DNA of 63,841 nt, filler included, from Vezdaea acicularis (lineage: Eukaryota), in assembly GCA_026025075.1 (NCBI GenBank). It is 3 parts of 3 records of this genome, joined end to end, with 100 filler letters (N's around TTAATTAATTAA, not from the genome) between each part and the next. Parts side by side here need not be neighbours in the genome. Positions count along the whole stretch, not along the records: positions 24,569 to 48,615 come from JAPEUI010000183.1; positions 48,716 to 63,841 come from JAPEUI010000225.1; 1 more part is not named here. One strand, given 5' to 3'. Made by a program: the position numbers and the translations under genes. The first letter of the stretch is position 1; the number at the start of each line of letters is the position of its first letter. Below, piece by piece: positions 38,744 through 51,627 of the stretch. Under the pieces are notes generated by a model. That model made no database searches. It saw only the letters and a program-made list of their open reading frames with translations, and had not been told where the DNA came from.

Positions 38744-41700
38744 ATGGAGGATTTGCAAGAGGCCCTGAAATCAAGCTCGACCTCACGCCGAATCTCGGAG
38801 TTGGGCGCATTGAATGAAAGTCTAGCTGAAAATGGTGTGTTTCCCGAACATTTCTCCCAAATCATGAAATCTAGCTAGAGCTGAAGTGAGCTACAGCCAC
38901 CAAATTTGAGAACCTTTCCCACATCTTGAATCTGCTGTTTAGCACATACCCTATTTACAACGACCGGCCTTCCAGGCAAGCCGTCCAGCGTTGTTTACGG
39001 ACTATATTCAAGAACAGTTATCCCGCGGAAGATCTTGCACCATTTGTGGCAGCAGTGAGAGCCGAAACATCAAAACTCGGAATAGCGTCTTCAAACGCTT
39101 TCATTTTGGTAGAATGGTGCTCTTTACTAGAGCAAGAGCTGGCTGGAAAGCCAGAGCTATGGAACAAATGGGGTCTCGATGTCATGACAGCAAATTCCTA
39201 TGCTCTGGAAACTTGCCTAGGATCTGATGCTCGGGATAGCTTAAAGCACTCCGCTCTAGCGGTCACTCGGAGAGGGATTAGAAGATTGCTATCCGGTAGT
39301 AGCAACGGGCCTAGTATACTGGACACCGCGATCACAAAGCTTTCAGCAAAAGGAACTGCTGGTACATTCAAGCACGCTGTCTTCTTGGGACTTATAGCCG
39401 GCGTCTTGGCATGTACTGAGTATGGAAGGCTACTATCAATGAAGCATAATGATGACTATTATGGTTTCTACGTTCGTGAAATCATAGGGTCTAAGACAAA
39501 ACTTTCGCCGCATATAGCGAACGGGCTCAAAGAATTCTTCTCGAATTTCGCAACAGAGGCAGATTTACAAAAGGAGGTGGTTCCAGCGCTGGAAAAAGCA
39601 TTGCTAAGAGCACCAGAGATTGTGCTTAACGATCTTGTTTGTCCTCTTATTGAAGCATTGCCTCTGAGCATTGACCTTTCAAACATTATCCAAGGCAACC
39701 TATTGAAACCCTTATTATCCAACATAAAGTCTACTAACCCTGCAATACGTTCTGGAGCCTTGTCGACTTTCCAAAGAGCTATGGGCCGATGTAAAGACGA
39801 AAACTTCTTAGAGAAAATCTCTGATGAGATCCTAAGTCCCTTGAAGACTTCGAAGCTAGCTTCCGCGGAGCAGAGGACTTTACATGCTCAAATGTTGTCG
39901 TACATCCCACGCTCTATATCTCTGGCTACGCAAATACCCCAAGGACTTGCAGCTGTGGCCATTAAAGAACCCAATGAGGCTGCTGCAGGTGCCATCTCGA
40001 TCGCAGTCGCCGTACATCTAGCGTACGGGTTGAGTCGGAAAATAACAGTAAACAAAGTTGTGTCTGAGACGTTTGTGAAAGGTCTTTCGGACAAAAGACC
40101 TTCCATTCGCCGTCTTTGGGCTCTGAGAGTTGGTTCGATCGTCATTAATCTTGACAAGGAAGCGCTCTTACAAAGTCAAGTACAAGACTTCATTTGGACT
40201 GTGATAGAAAAGATGCTTGAGGCATGGAGCGAAGTTGTTGCTAATCCCCTTTCGGCTGTCCAGAGTGGGCTTATCACGACAGCATATGTCGTGACTGCAC
40301 TTTTTGGGCATAGTGAAAGTTGGGTAGACCAGAACAGGCTCAGACTCTCTGGGAAAAGAGTTAAGGTTTCTGCGGAGGCCGTTTCTTGCACTCCTAAGCC
40401 TTCATTTCTACTCAATCATAAAATATATTCCAAAATTACCTCCGAAGAGGATCTGGAATGGATTATTCGTGCTCTAGTCACTATTTCATTAGACCTTTCT
40501 AATTTGGATTTCTCCAAAACAGTTCAGGAGCTTTGGGCACAAGCATTTCTGTACTTGATTTCAGCCCCAGCCGTTAAACCTATCGTCAGAAGACATGCAA
40601 CAGCTTCGCTGACAGGCGTTTACATTGTTTCACCTCCTCTTATTGGAGGAATAGTGATTGATGGAATCTGGACTTGGGTCAAGAACCTAGAGTCCGGAGA
40701 AAAAGACTCTGCCGCTGTAGCTTCCAAAGCAGCAAATGATGAGCTCTCAACGGCAGTAAGAGCGATATGTTTACCTCCAGATGACCTCGCAGAAAAAGGC
40801 GCCGATATTGATCAAGCGGTCTTGAAGAGCCAGCTCGTTCAATTGGTCGTGCTATGTCGCTCAGAGTTCATCCCGCGAATAAGTTGGATCGAGACCTGTC
40901 AAAGGACAGGCGTTGATCCTGGAAAGCTCGTAGAAGATCGATCCAAGGACTTACTTGAGAATGTTCGTATCGCTACGATTCCTTTAGGGGTATGTTCCAA
41001 CAATACCAAATCACGAGACTGCATTTAGCTAACAATAAGTCATTTATAGGGGCTATCACGCACCCCATACAGTGAACTCCTGCGCAGAGCGGCATGCAAT
41101 GCTGCGGCTGAGCTAGCTTTTGTGGCCCCTACAGTATTTACGCCTCTGCTTGTACATGAGATTGAGGCAAACGTGAATGTTGAGCTTCTCAAGGGTATTG
41201 GCCCCACAGAAGCCGCGATTTATCGTACAACAGATGGGACTACCTTTGTTGATGTCCTTGATAAAAGACCTCAGGCCCAACATATGGACAAATCGTCCAA
41301 AGAATATGATATTCTTAAATGGGAAGAAGATCTCCGGACGCAGCTAGCCAAGAAGAAAGGACTACAGAAAAAGCTTACTTATGATGAGCAATCGAAAGTG
41401 AATGCGCAGCTTGCCGAGGAAGCTCGAATACGGGAGAATATATCACTTGCTATCATCAGGCTACAGCGCGGTGTAGGACTTATATACAGCCTAGCTACAG
41501 GGCCTCCTACCCAGGCGGAGGTGTGGATAGGGCCTGCCATCCGTGCTTTGTTGGAAGTTATCAACGCAGGGGCAGGTCTGATTATAGGTGACGCCGCTTA
41601 TACCGCTTACTTGTCCTGCGCAGAGCAGGTCACTACCCGCCTTGGTACTGTCAGACCTTTCATTGGAGTGGCTACTTTACGAGCCAGCGAGGTATCACAA

Positions 41701-44700
41701 CTGCGCCCAGAGCTTCAGCAGGAGCCCCTCGGAGGTCAGTTGTATTCGCTTCTAAATGTGGCAGCCTAGTAATATTTTAAGTGCAGATCTAGTCACCAGG
41801 GTACTTTATCGGCTTAGATTCTCTGGAGAGCAACGACCTTTTGACACAGTCTCGTGCTTGTACATGCTCCCACTGATCTTTCTCGTTCTTAGAAACCGGG
41901 GTATTGGTAAGACTGCAGAGGAGGAGGTTGACGAACAGATTGTTCTAGCCTTAGAGTTTCTTTCGTTCCATACTGAGACTTGTAAGTTTTCTATGAGTAA
42001 ACATGAGTCGAATGACCCATTTTTAAAACCACTAAAGGCAAAGACACGCACCTCCCCCGCGAGGAGATTCTGCGACTACTGATAACCTCGATGCAAAAAT
42101 ACAACCAACATTATAAGATCATCAAAGACTGTCTACTTGACCTATGCCGTTCTATTGCGCAAAACGCCACTGAAGGAGAAATCAAGGTCCTTGTGCAAGG
42201 TACCATTGTACCAGAGATATCTGTCCGAAATGCGGTCCTTCAATTTCTCAACTCTGAAATTGATCTCATACAAATGGACTTTTATGAAGAGATCTGGCTC
42301 GCGTGTCACGATGATGTCGATGAAAACGTTCACATAGCAAATTCTATTTGGGAAGAAAACGGTCTTGAAACTGATGCGGAATGCGCAGGTAAACTTCTTA
42401 CCTACCTCGGAAGCCCGGACGCGCAGCTGCGAAGAGCTGCTGCCAGAGCGCTGGCGGATATCACCAAAGTACATAGAAGAATATTTGAGGCTACTGTGTC
42501 AAAGCTTCAATCTTCATACCAGGAAAGCGCAAAACCAAAGAAACCCACCTATGATGAGTTTGGAATGCCGAAGAAAATGGACCTCGTGGATCCTTGGGAG
42601 GCTCGGAGTGGCATCGCGTTGGCCTTTAGGGAATTGTCATCCATATTTGAAGATGCCTTGCTAGTACCATTTATCCAGTTTCTCATAAATGAGGGCCCCC
42701 TCAAAGATCCAAGTACCACCGTTCGAGATCAGATGGTAGATGCAGCGACGGCTGTTATAGCAGTCCATGGGAAGAACAAGGTCGAGGAGCTAATGCGGTT
42801 ATTCGAGGCGACCCTTGAGGCATCAGATCAATCCTCCATCACAGCCGACTATGTCAATGAGGCGGTCATTGTCCTGTACGGTGCATTGGCACGGCACCTC
42901 AAGCAAGGCGACGGTCGAACTCCGAAGGTCGTGCAAAGACTCCTTACGACCTTGAGCACGCCTTCAGAGTCAGTTCAATATGCCGTTGCTAATTGCTTAC
43001 CACCTTTGATAAGGGCGTCAAGTCCACTGACTTCCACTTACGTTCAAGACATGATGGATCAGTTATTCAAATCGAAGAAGTTCGCAGCAAGGCGAGGAGC
43101 CGCGTATGGTATTGCTGGAATTGTTCAAGGCAGGGGCATATCTGCGCTGAAAGATTTCCGTATTATGTCAACGCTCAAAGGCGGCATTGAAAACAAAAAA
43201 GATTCGAATGCTCGGCAAGGGGCTCTCTTTGCGTATGAGCTATTGTCCTCTTCCCTTGGCCGTGTTTTTGAGCCCTACGTAATCCAGATTGTACCACAAC
43301 TTCTATCAAGCTTTGGAGATAGTAGTACGGACGTCCGAGACGCATGCCTAGATGCTGCGAAGGCCTGTTTCGCGAGCCTGAGCTCTTATGGGGTCAAGCA
43401 GATCCTGCCGACACTTTTAGAAGGGCTTGAGGATCAACAGTGGCGGAGTAAGAAAGGTGCTTGTGATCTGCTTGGTGCTATGGCATACCTTGATCCACAG
43501 CAACTTGCAGCTAGCCTTCCTGTGATCATACCTCCACTTACGAATGTCTTGAACGATAGTCACAAAGAAGTAAGACTTTCCGCAAACCGCAGCCTTCAGA
43601 GATTCGGGGAAGTTATCAGCAATCCCGAGGTTAAAAGCTTGGTCGGGATACTATTGAAAGCGCTCAGCGACCCGACCAAATACACCGAGGATGCTTTGAA
43701 TGCCCTAATTAAGGTCTCATTCATTCATTATTTAGATTCCCCATCTCTCGCACTTGTGGTACGGATACTAGAGCGCGGTCTTGGTGATCGATCAGCCACC
43801 AAACGAAAGTCCGCTCAGATTATCGGGAGCCTGGCACATCTAACGGAGCGCAAGGACCTCATCTCCCATCTTCCAATCCTAGTAGCGGGACTCAAGATAG
43901 CCGTTGTTGACCCCGTCCCGACTACTCGCGCGACAGCCTCAAAAGCTTTAGGATCGTTGATAGAGAAGCTTGGCGAGGATGCACTTCCAGATCTGATTCC
44001 CAGCCTAATGGCAACACTCAGATCAGACACTGGGGCAGGAGATCGGCTTGGTTCAGCACAAGCGCTTAGTGAGGTACTTGCAGGTCTCGGAACCGGACGC
44101 CTCGAGGAAACGCTTCCTACGATTTTGCAAAATGTCTCAAGTTCAAAGCCATCCGTCCGGGAAGGATTTATGTCACTTTTCATCTTCTTGCCCGCATGTT
44201 TTGGTAATAGCTTCGCTTCTTACCTAAACAGGATCATACCGCCGATTCTGACTGGACTCGCTGATGATATCGAATCAATTCGAGACACCTCTCTACGTGC
44301 CGGACGACTTGTTGTGAAGAACTTTGCAACGAAAGCAATCGACCTCCTGCTACCGGAACTTGAGCGTGGCCTGGCGGATGATAGCTACCGGATTAGATTG
44401 AGCTCTGTTGAGCTTGTTGGAGATCTGTTGTTCAATCTGACTGGTATTAGCACGAAAGTCGAGGATGATGATGTCGGAGAAGGAGCTATGGAAGCCGGCC
44501 AATCTCTGCTTGAAGTCCTTGGCGAAGAAAAGCGGAACAAAGTTTTATCGTCTCTTTACATTTGCCGATGCGACACTTCCGGCCTAGTACGCAGTGCAGC
44601 TATTAGCGTTTGGAAGGCATTAGTCGCAAGCCCCAGAACACTTAAGGAGCTTGTTCCCACGTTGACACAACTCATAATCCGGCGTCTTGCCAACCCAAAT

Positions 44701-47173
44701 ACTGAACAACAGCACATTGCCGGGAATGCCCTAGGTGAACTCATCCGGAAAGCAGGAGAAGGGGTGCTTGCAACTCTATTGCCTACATTAGAGGAAGGAC
44801 TTTTGACTTCTACAGACTCGGATGCTAAACAAGGAATCTGTATAGCCCTACGGGAGCTTATCTCCTCAGCATCTCCTGAGGCGCTGGAAGACTATGAGAA
44901 AACATTAATCTCTGTTGTAAAGGCAGCCCTCATTGACCCTGACGAAGAAGTACGAGAAGCAGCTGCTGAAGCTTTCGATTCCTTACAACGTATCTTCGGC
45001 AAGAAAGCGGTCGATCAAGTCCTTCCCTATCTCCTCCACCTCCTACGCACAGAGGGAGAAGCAGACAATGCCCTTTCTGCCTTATTGACTCTTTTAACCG
45101 AGAATAGCAGATCGAGCATCATTCTACCTAACTTATTGCCTACCTTACTGACGCCTCCAATAACTTTATTCAATGCTAGAGCAATATCGTCTCTTGCAGA
45201 AGTTGCTGGCTCTGCAATGAATCGACGCCTTCCTACCATTCTCAATGCTCTTATGGAAAATCTGATCTCCACAAAAGATCCAGAGTTAAGTGCGGAATTG
45301 AGCTCTTCTTTTGATTCTGTACTTCAATCTGTCGATGAATACGATGGCCTCAATACGGCAATGAGTGTCATGCTCAGTCTCATCAAGCACGATGATCATA
45401 AGAAGCGAGCAGCGGCAGCAGTACATCTTGGCAACTTTTTCGCCAATACAGACGTTGACTACTCTCGATATAATCAGGATCTCATTCGCGTTCTGTTGAT
45501 ATCGTTCGATGATCGCGATCATGATGTGGTCAAAGCAGCATGGGCAGCTCTCAGCGAGCTCACGGAAAGACTCAAGAAAGAGGAAAAGGAGACACTTGTG
45601 TTTTCTACGCGTCAAATTCTCCAGCAGGTTGGAGTAGCAGGATCAAGTCTTCCAGGTTTTGCTCTGCCGAAAGGTGTTGGTGCCATCTTGCCCATCTTCG
45701 TGCAAGGGTTGATGAACGGGACTGCTGACCAACGAACACAATCAGCATTGGCTATATCCGACATCGTTGATCGTAGTGACGCTGATTCCTTGAAACCCTT
45801 CGTCACCCAGATCACTGGACTATTGATCCGCGTTGTCTCAGAGCGTTCTACGGATGTCAGAGGTAAGATATCGTTCAACTATTTCAGAATATCAAGAACT
45901 AATGCCTTCTTCCTTCTCTTAGCTGCAATCTTGTTAGCGCTTAATAATTTGCTCGAGAGAATTCCAACGCTCCTTAAACGCTTTTTGCCTCAACTGCAGC
46001 GGACTTTTGCGAAGTCGCTCGCGGACCCTTCTAGCGAAGTCCTGCGCAATCGAGCTGCACAAGCATTAGGGACTTTAATCACATTTACACCGCGGATCGA
46101 TCCTCTAGTAGCTGGTACGATGAACACCTTCTAGATTTCCGGCCAACTTTGGATGCTAATTTGTGATGTAGAACTCGTTACAGGATCGAAATTTCAAGAC
46201 CCGGGGGTCAAGACCGCCATGCTCAAAGCTCTCTACGAGGTGGTTAGCAAGGCTGGTTCAAATATGAGCGAAACCTCCAGAGCATCTGTTCTAGCATTGA
46301 TAGACACAGATCTTAATGATGCTGATGATGCAATGGCTATTACTAGTGCCAAGCTTTTGGGTGCCCTCATCAAGAATCTATCCCTTGAGAAGGCAGCACC
46401 TTTGATCAAGTAAGTAGAGGGAAATAATCAAAGGAGGTTTGTTGACAGACTATGATTAACATTATCCTAGGAATCGGATAGTGACCATGCGTTTCAGTAA
46501 GGCCTCTGTACTCGCTCTTAATGCAGTACTCGTCGAGTCTCCCCAATCTTTGACCGAGTCGTCTTTTGCAGATGACTTGCCAAAGGTCATCTGCCATGGT
46601 ATCACTAGCAAAGAAACTTTTGTGGCAGACAACAGTGTTCTTGCATCTGGGAAATACTTTCTTGCCGAGACTACTTCTAAGGCATATGACACCACAAAAT
46701 CTATCATGGAAACGCTGTCGACAGTCATTCACCCTGGTAATCCTGTGGACACTCGCCGCCTTGCTTTGGTAGTGGTTCGTACAGTTGGTCGCCTTCACAA
46801 TGAGCTTGTCAAGCCTCACCTGGCAACCCTCGCACCATCAATATTTACGAGTGTGAGAGACCCTGTGATACCTATCAAACTCGCTGCAGAAGCAGCATTT
46901 TTAGCACTCTTCTCAGTTGTAGAATTAGAGGGTACAGTTTTCGATAAATATCTCTCTGGCCCGGGTTCAGAGCTTCCACCAGCCACGAAGAAAAGTATGC
47001 AAGATTATTTCAAGCGAGTGGCTTTGAGACTTGGGGCGCAAGCTCGAGAACGTAAGGAGGCAGAAGGTGGCCAAGGAGGGCTGGGCTTGAGCAGCGATGA
47101 GGTAGATGATGAAAAGGAGCTTTGGAGTGTGGGTAAGGTAGAGCTAGGCAACAATGGATTTGTTGAATACTGA
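38744..47173 (+). CDS. GCN1: eIF2-alpha kinase activator Gcn1 (HEAT repeats)
   Basis: A very large multi-exon HEAT-repeat protein beginning ALKSSSTSRRISEL. It contains STPSESVQYAV, RRGAAYGIAG, QWRSKKGA..LLGAMAY, RIRLSSVELVGDLLF and VTQITGLLIRV. The start codon is tentative. Confidence 0.95.
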
Positions 47174-47580
47174 GCTCTTCAAATCGACGTCTTGAATTTA
47201 GCGGCATCAAAAGTAGGAGTTAGAGTCATGAGGAATAAAAGAAACTGTACTGCGTGACCGTGTATCATGAGCTATGACCTTGAATTATGCATCACTGTAG
47301 AGCGAAGATGATTATTTGATGGCTAATGAGCCTTAGCCTTACCAGATAGTATGAAGATACAAGCTGTCAGAATGAATACCCTTTATGTGATTAACTGCTG
47401 TTTGGCGTAGCAGAAGGCGCGATTCAGAGAATTTCGGCTAAGACCTTACAGGTCCGCGCCCTACAACAGTCCCACGATAGTCTCGCTAATTTGGGAGTCA
47501 CAGCTAAATCGTCAACCTCAGCGATAAGCTGGAGATTCATTACCAACGATTAGCCATCACAGATCACGATCAGCGTCAAG

Positions 47581-48462
47581 ATGTAGGCATTTCCTCGAAT
47601 ATTTACTCATGGCGTCTGCCTTATTGCATATCCCTATCATCTGCTGCGTGACGATTTCTTTCTCTCGTGGCTTGTGGATATCTCGTCATTGACCCCATCT
47701 AGACCCTCAATCTCAACACCACCATTCCCATTATTGACTTATTGCTAACGTCCTTTTTCAAACTTAGGGTCAATCTTCGCACTCAGAAGCGGCTTGCGGC
47801 ATCCGTAATAGGATGCGGTGAACGAAAGATCTGGCTCGATCCCAATGAAGTCAATGAGATCAGCAATGCCAACTCTCGTCAAACAATCCGCAAGCTCGTC
47901 TCCGATGGCCTCATCATCCGAAAACCTGTGACTATGCACTCGCGGGCCCGAACCCGGGAATTGCAAGCTGCTCGGCGGATTGGGCGGCATCGAGGTTTCG
48001 GTAAGAGGAAGGGTACAAAGGATGCTCGGATGCCTAGGTATATTGAATCGGTGGCCTCCAATATCTGGACTGGGCTGATCACAGGTCTTTAAATGTAGCC
48101 AAGTCATTTGGATGCGCCGTCTCCGAGTCCTACGCCGTCTCCTAGTTAAGTACCGTGCCTCAGGCAAGATCGATAAGCACCTATATCACGAACTCTACCA
48201 TCTAAGCAAGGGTAACACCTTCAAGCACAAGCGTGCCCTTGTAGAACATGTAAGTGCAATTTTCTTAGAATGCACGCAATATTTAGCTAATATGTTATTG
48301 CCACAGATCCATAAAGCCAAAGCTGAGAAGGCCCGTGAACGTATCCTCAAGGAGGAGATGGACGCGAAACGTGCGAAGACCAAGGCTGCTCGGGAGAGAA
48401 GACAAGAGCGTGTAACAGCTAAGAGGAATGCGCAGGCGGGTGAGGAGGATACAAACGAGTAA
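47581..48462 (+). CDS. RPL19: 60S ribosomal protein L19 (eL19)
   Basis: Start codon split AT|G by intron 47583-47767; further exons 47768-48037, 48099-48249 and 48308-48462. Sequence [46 protein letters not shown]. Confidence 0.97.
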
Positions 48463-48615
48463 CACTTGGGAGAACCTTCGGTATGCCTCATCTTGCAGGG
48501 TCTGCGGAATCGGAATCATTCCTGAATGCCGGATAGCCTTTCACTCAAGAATGTAGTTTCACGAAATCACATCACTTGCTCAATGTATAGCATAATTACT
48601 ACGTGTTGTGAACAT

Positions 48616-48715
48616 NNNNNNNNNNNNNNNNNNNNNNNNNNNNNNNNNNNNNNNNNNNNTTAATTAATTAANNNNNNNNNNNNNNNNNNNNNNNNNNNNN
48701 NNNNNNNNNNNNNNN
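48616..48715. other. Artificial contig linker
   Basis: Second N44-TTAATTAATTAA-N44 block, identical to the first. Confidence 0.97.
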
Positions 48716-48778
48716 CTCGACGCCGAGAAGGCATTGTCGGAGGCCGCAGATTTTCTGCGAAGATCACTTCAAGGTTGA
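48716..48778 (+). CDS. Probable 3' end of a gene cut by the contig start
   Basis: Reads LDAEKALSEAADFLRRSLQG*, an amphipathic terminal helix reminiscent of alpha/beta-hydrolase C-termini. Too short to identify. Confidence 0.35.
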   Translation, partial: LDAEKALSEAADFLRRSLQG

Positions 48779-50024
48779 AAGCCTTGCCAATAATCCTGCG
48801 TTAGGCACGACGAAAAGACATGCAAGCTAACATGGTCTTTGATCTATATAGAGGCTTCAAAGGTTCTGTTTGAACTTACATAAGCTTTGCTGTGGCACTA
48901 CGATCTGCGCGCTTCCGCCTGTTGGGTTTGCGCAAACCTGCAATTAGCATCGTTAGTATAGAAGAACCGATTGCTAGGTTGACCCAACAAATGTGCAAGT
49001 ATGATATCTGACTTGCTGTTCGACAGCCTGGCAATCTTTAGGTCATCTCAAAGTCGAGTATTTGCACTAATATCGCGAACTCCTTCAAACACATGCAGGG
49101 ATGGGAGATGGCAGGTTGATTGTCTTTATGATGAGTGCAAACCCGCCAGCGTTTGCTTGGTCGAAGAAATGGGATGGAGTCCTCGGCTTAACTTCTTATC
49201 GTCTCCACGATAAGACATCATGGATTGACTTGAGGACAACATTGGGAAAAGGCACCGCAATATGATAACAGCCTGGTAGTGCGAACTTTCTCTCTGGGAC
49301 CATCTCTCGAGCCTAGAATTGGGGTTCGTTTAATCAAAATCTGCCTATCTGCTTCTGCAAAGGCGCCGATTCCTCTGACTTGGGAAAATAAAGAAGAATA
49401 TTGGAGAGGATGTACGTTAAATCCATGGAGTGTATCACCATAATAAAGGCTACCAACCTTGATGCTAACTGTTGCAGACTTCTGAACTTCAATTCTTGCA
49501 GATCATCCCACCTGTGGGATTCTCTCGAAACAACCCATCGTTTTGGACGAAGATCACATTCGTGGCTACGAAAACTCAAGAGAAGCTGTAGAAGCGTATG
49601 ACCCATGAAGGGGTCGATTAGGCCCTGGCTAAGGAATCGACTCTGCAAAGCTGTTAAAACTTATACCACCATGGCCCCAAATAGTTATAATTGGGGCAAC
49701 GGTGAAGTTAGAAAGTTACCCGTCCTGGTGCCTACCCTTATTCAAACAGCGCTTGGAGCCGGGTAGGCACACACCATGGGGGATTGTCGCCACATGGGGC
49801 CATGCTCATATAATAGGCTTGTTGTCCCTCAAGAGGATATACTCCCTAGGACCACCGCTAAAGATGCTGCGCTTGCCGGCAAGGAAGGTATCTTTTCAGA
49901 AATTGGGGAATAAAGTTGGTCGGATATATTGGCAGGTTCAGCCAGACGGTATGACTTTCTCGCCTCCCACATTGCAAGCGAATGTATCTCAGGATCATTT
50001 TAGTCGTATCAGTATTTGCACTTC

Positions 50025-50246
50025 CTAATGCTGAAACTCCTCTTTGAGAGTTCGCTGAAGCACAGAACTCCTCAGGGCTTGATATCTTTCAGCATAGCGT
50101 GTTGGTTTCATCGAGACAGTTGACTGGGCGACCATGCTCCCTGCAAGAAGCTCCGCCCTCTCATTCTCTATACTCGAGTGAATGAGAGAAGATGTGTTGA
50201 TGTGGTAATTCTGTCGGAAGGTGGGAGAATATATGCGGAGAGCCAT
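50025..50246 (-). CDS. Possible 73-aa orphan small protein
   Basis: ATG in GCAATGG context, preceded on the minus strand by a pyrimidine-rich promoter-like tract (about 50280-50430). No recognisable motif. Confidence 0.3.
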   Translation of the reverse strand: MALRIYSPTFRQNYHINTSSLIHSSIENERAELLAGSMVAQSTVSMKPTRYAERYQALRSSVLQRTLKEEFQH

Positions 50247-50816
50247 TGCATCGGGAACATTTCAGGAGCAGGAGTATCTTCAGCAGAAGATCCGTCAAAA
50301 CAAGAAGAGGAGTAGAGAGCAATTGAGAAACCACTCTCCAGGGAGCGGAGAAAGAATGAGGGGGTATTCCCAAGACTGGAAAAAAAAAGGCGAGTCCTGG
50401 AGAAGAGTAGAAGAAGGGAACATGCGCTTTAGGTCGAGCCTTCGCCTTTTTGGCTAGCGCCGGATACGAGAGCTGGTGTTGGTTGAACAGGAAAACAACT
50501 TTGGGGCTGGGGAAATTTCTTGATGGATGTGGCGTCCCTGGGAGCATGGCATGGCGAATGGTCTCTACCGGGCTCACCGAACATAATGAAGATACCTTTC
50601 CCGAAGTTCGGTGATTCGAAAAGGTCTATCTCCTAGTATGCAACTGTCTAACTATCGAAAGTAATTAACGCTAAAAATATCTCTGCCTTGCATAGGCCAG
50701 CTACACAAGTAAGCTATTCAGGATAAATCTCATATAGGAACCACAATGCAGTAAGGTGTCGTTACAAAGAGGGGGTATCGTAGATAGTTTCGCAACGGCA
50801 GTGTCGGTATTCAGCT

Positions 50817-51627
50817 CTAGAAGAAATAGGAACGCTCTCCCGTCACACGTGGTGGTAGAGTGTGCTGAGTCGGGACATTAGGTGTATAGTATACCGTGGA
50901 GTCCCTCTCGGGCGCTAGCTTGCCTAAGTCTTGGAGAGGCTGTGGCGTGTACTCTCCCATTCGAGCGTAATGATTCTGCAGTGCCAGCTGCCTATGCTTC
51001 TCCGCTATCGAGTTTCGTTTCTCTTGAAAGCGCGCTCGAACAGACATAATTCCAATAACTAGTGTTACAATACTGACGGTGGAGCGAAATTAGTTGTGGT
51101 AGATGAAAGCAGAGTGGGGTTAGCCTACAGCGCGATTACAGTGAATGGTATAGAGCTAAGGCTCCAGCTATGAGTCTGGCAGGAGGTCCTGGTCGAACCC
51201 AAGGTTGGCTCTGTCGTCCATGGCCAGTGTTCGCAAGGCGACTTTGCATCGTACACCCTACTCGCGACTTGCAGAACAATGAGACCAGTCCACGCAGCCG
51301 CCCATAGAATACAGACTCCGGTGAGAACGGGAATCTTGATCTGGCCCTCATGAGCCGTGATACCGTGAACAATGGCGCTCATGAAGATCCCCGAGGCTAT
51401 GCTCAGGACCAGGACACTAGGTAACTTTGAGCATGAAGTATAAGAAGTTTGGGCGTAATAGTCTACACTCACGAGTCAAGGTCACCGTAAAGGGAGGGAG
51501 TGGTATGTCTGAAGGAGAATCGGATAGCCACGCCGTTGAGGACCATGATGACCGCAGATGTTGTAGCCTGCAGTACAAACAGCCAAACCATCACCTTTCG
51601 ATTCCATGGTAGCTTTCTTTGTATCAT
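50817..51627 (-). CDS. Orphan four-TM membrane protein (paralog A)
   Basis: Exons 51627-51473, 51416-51129 and 51072-50817 splice in frame (GTGAGT..TAG; GTAGGC..CTAAT..CAG). Four hydrophobic segments, a Cys pair between TM3 and TM4, and a basic tail. Confidence 0.75.
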
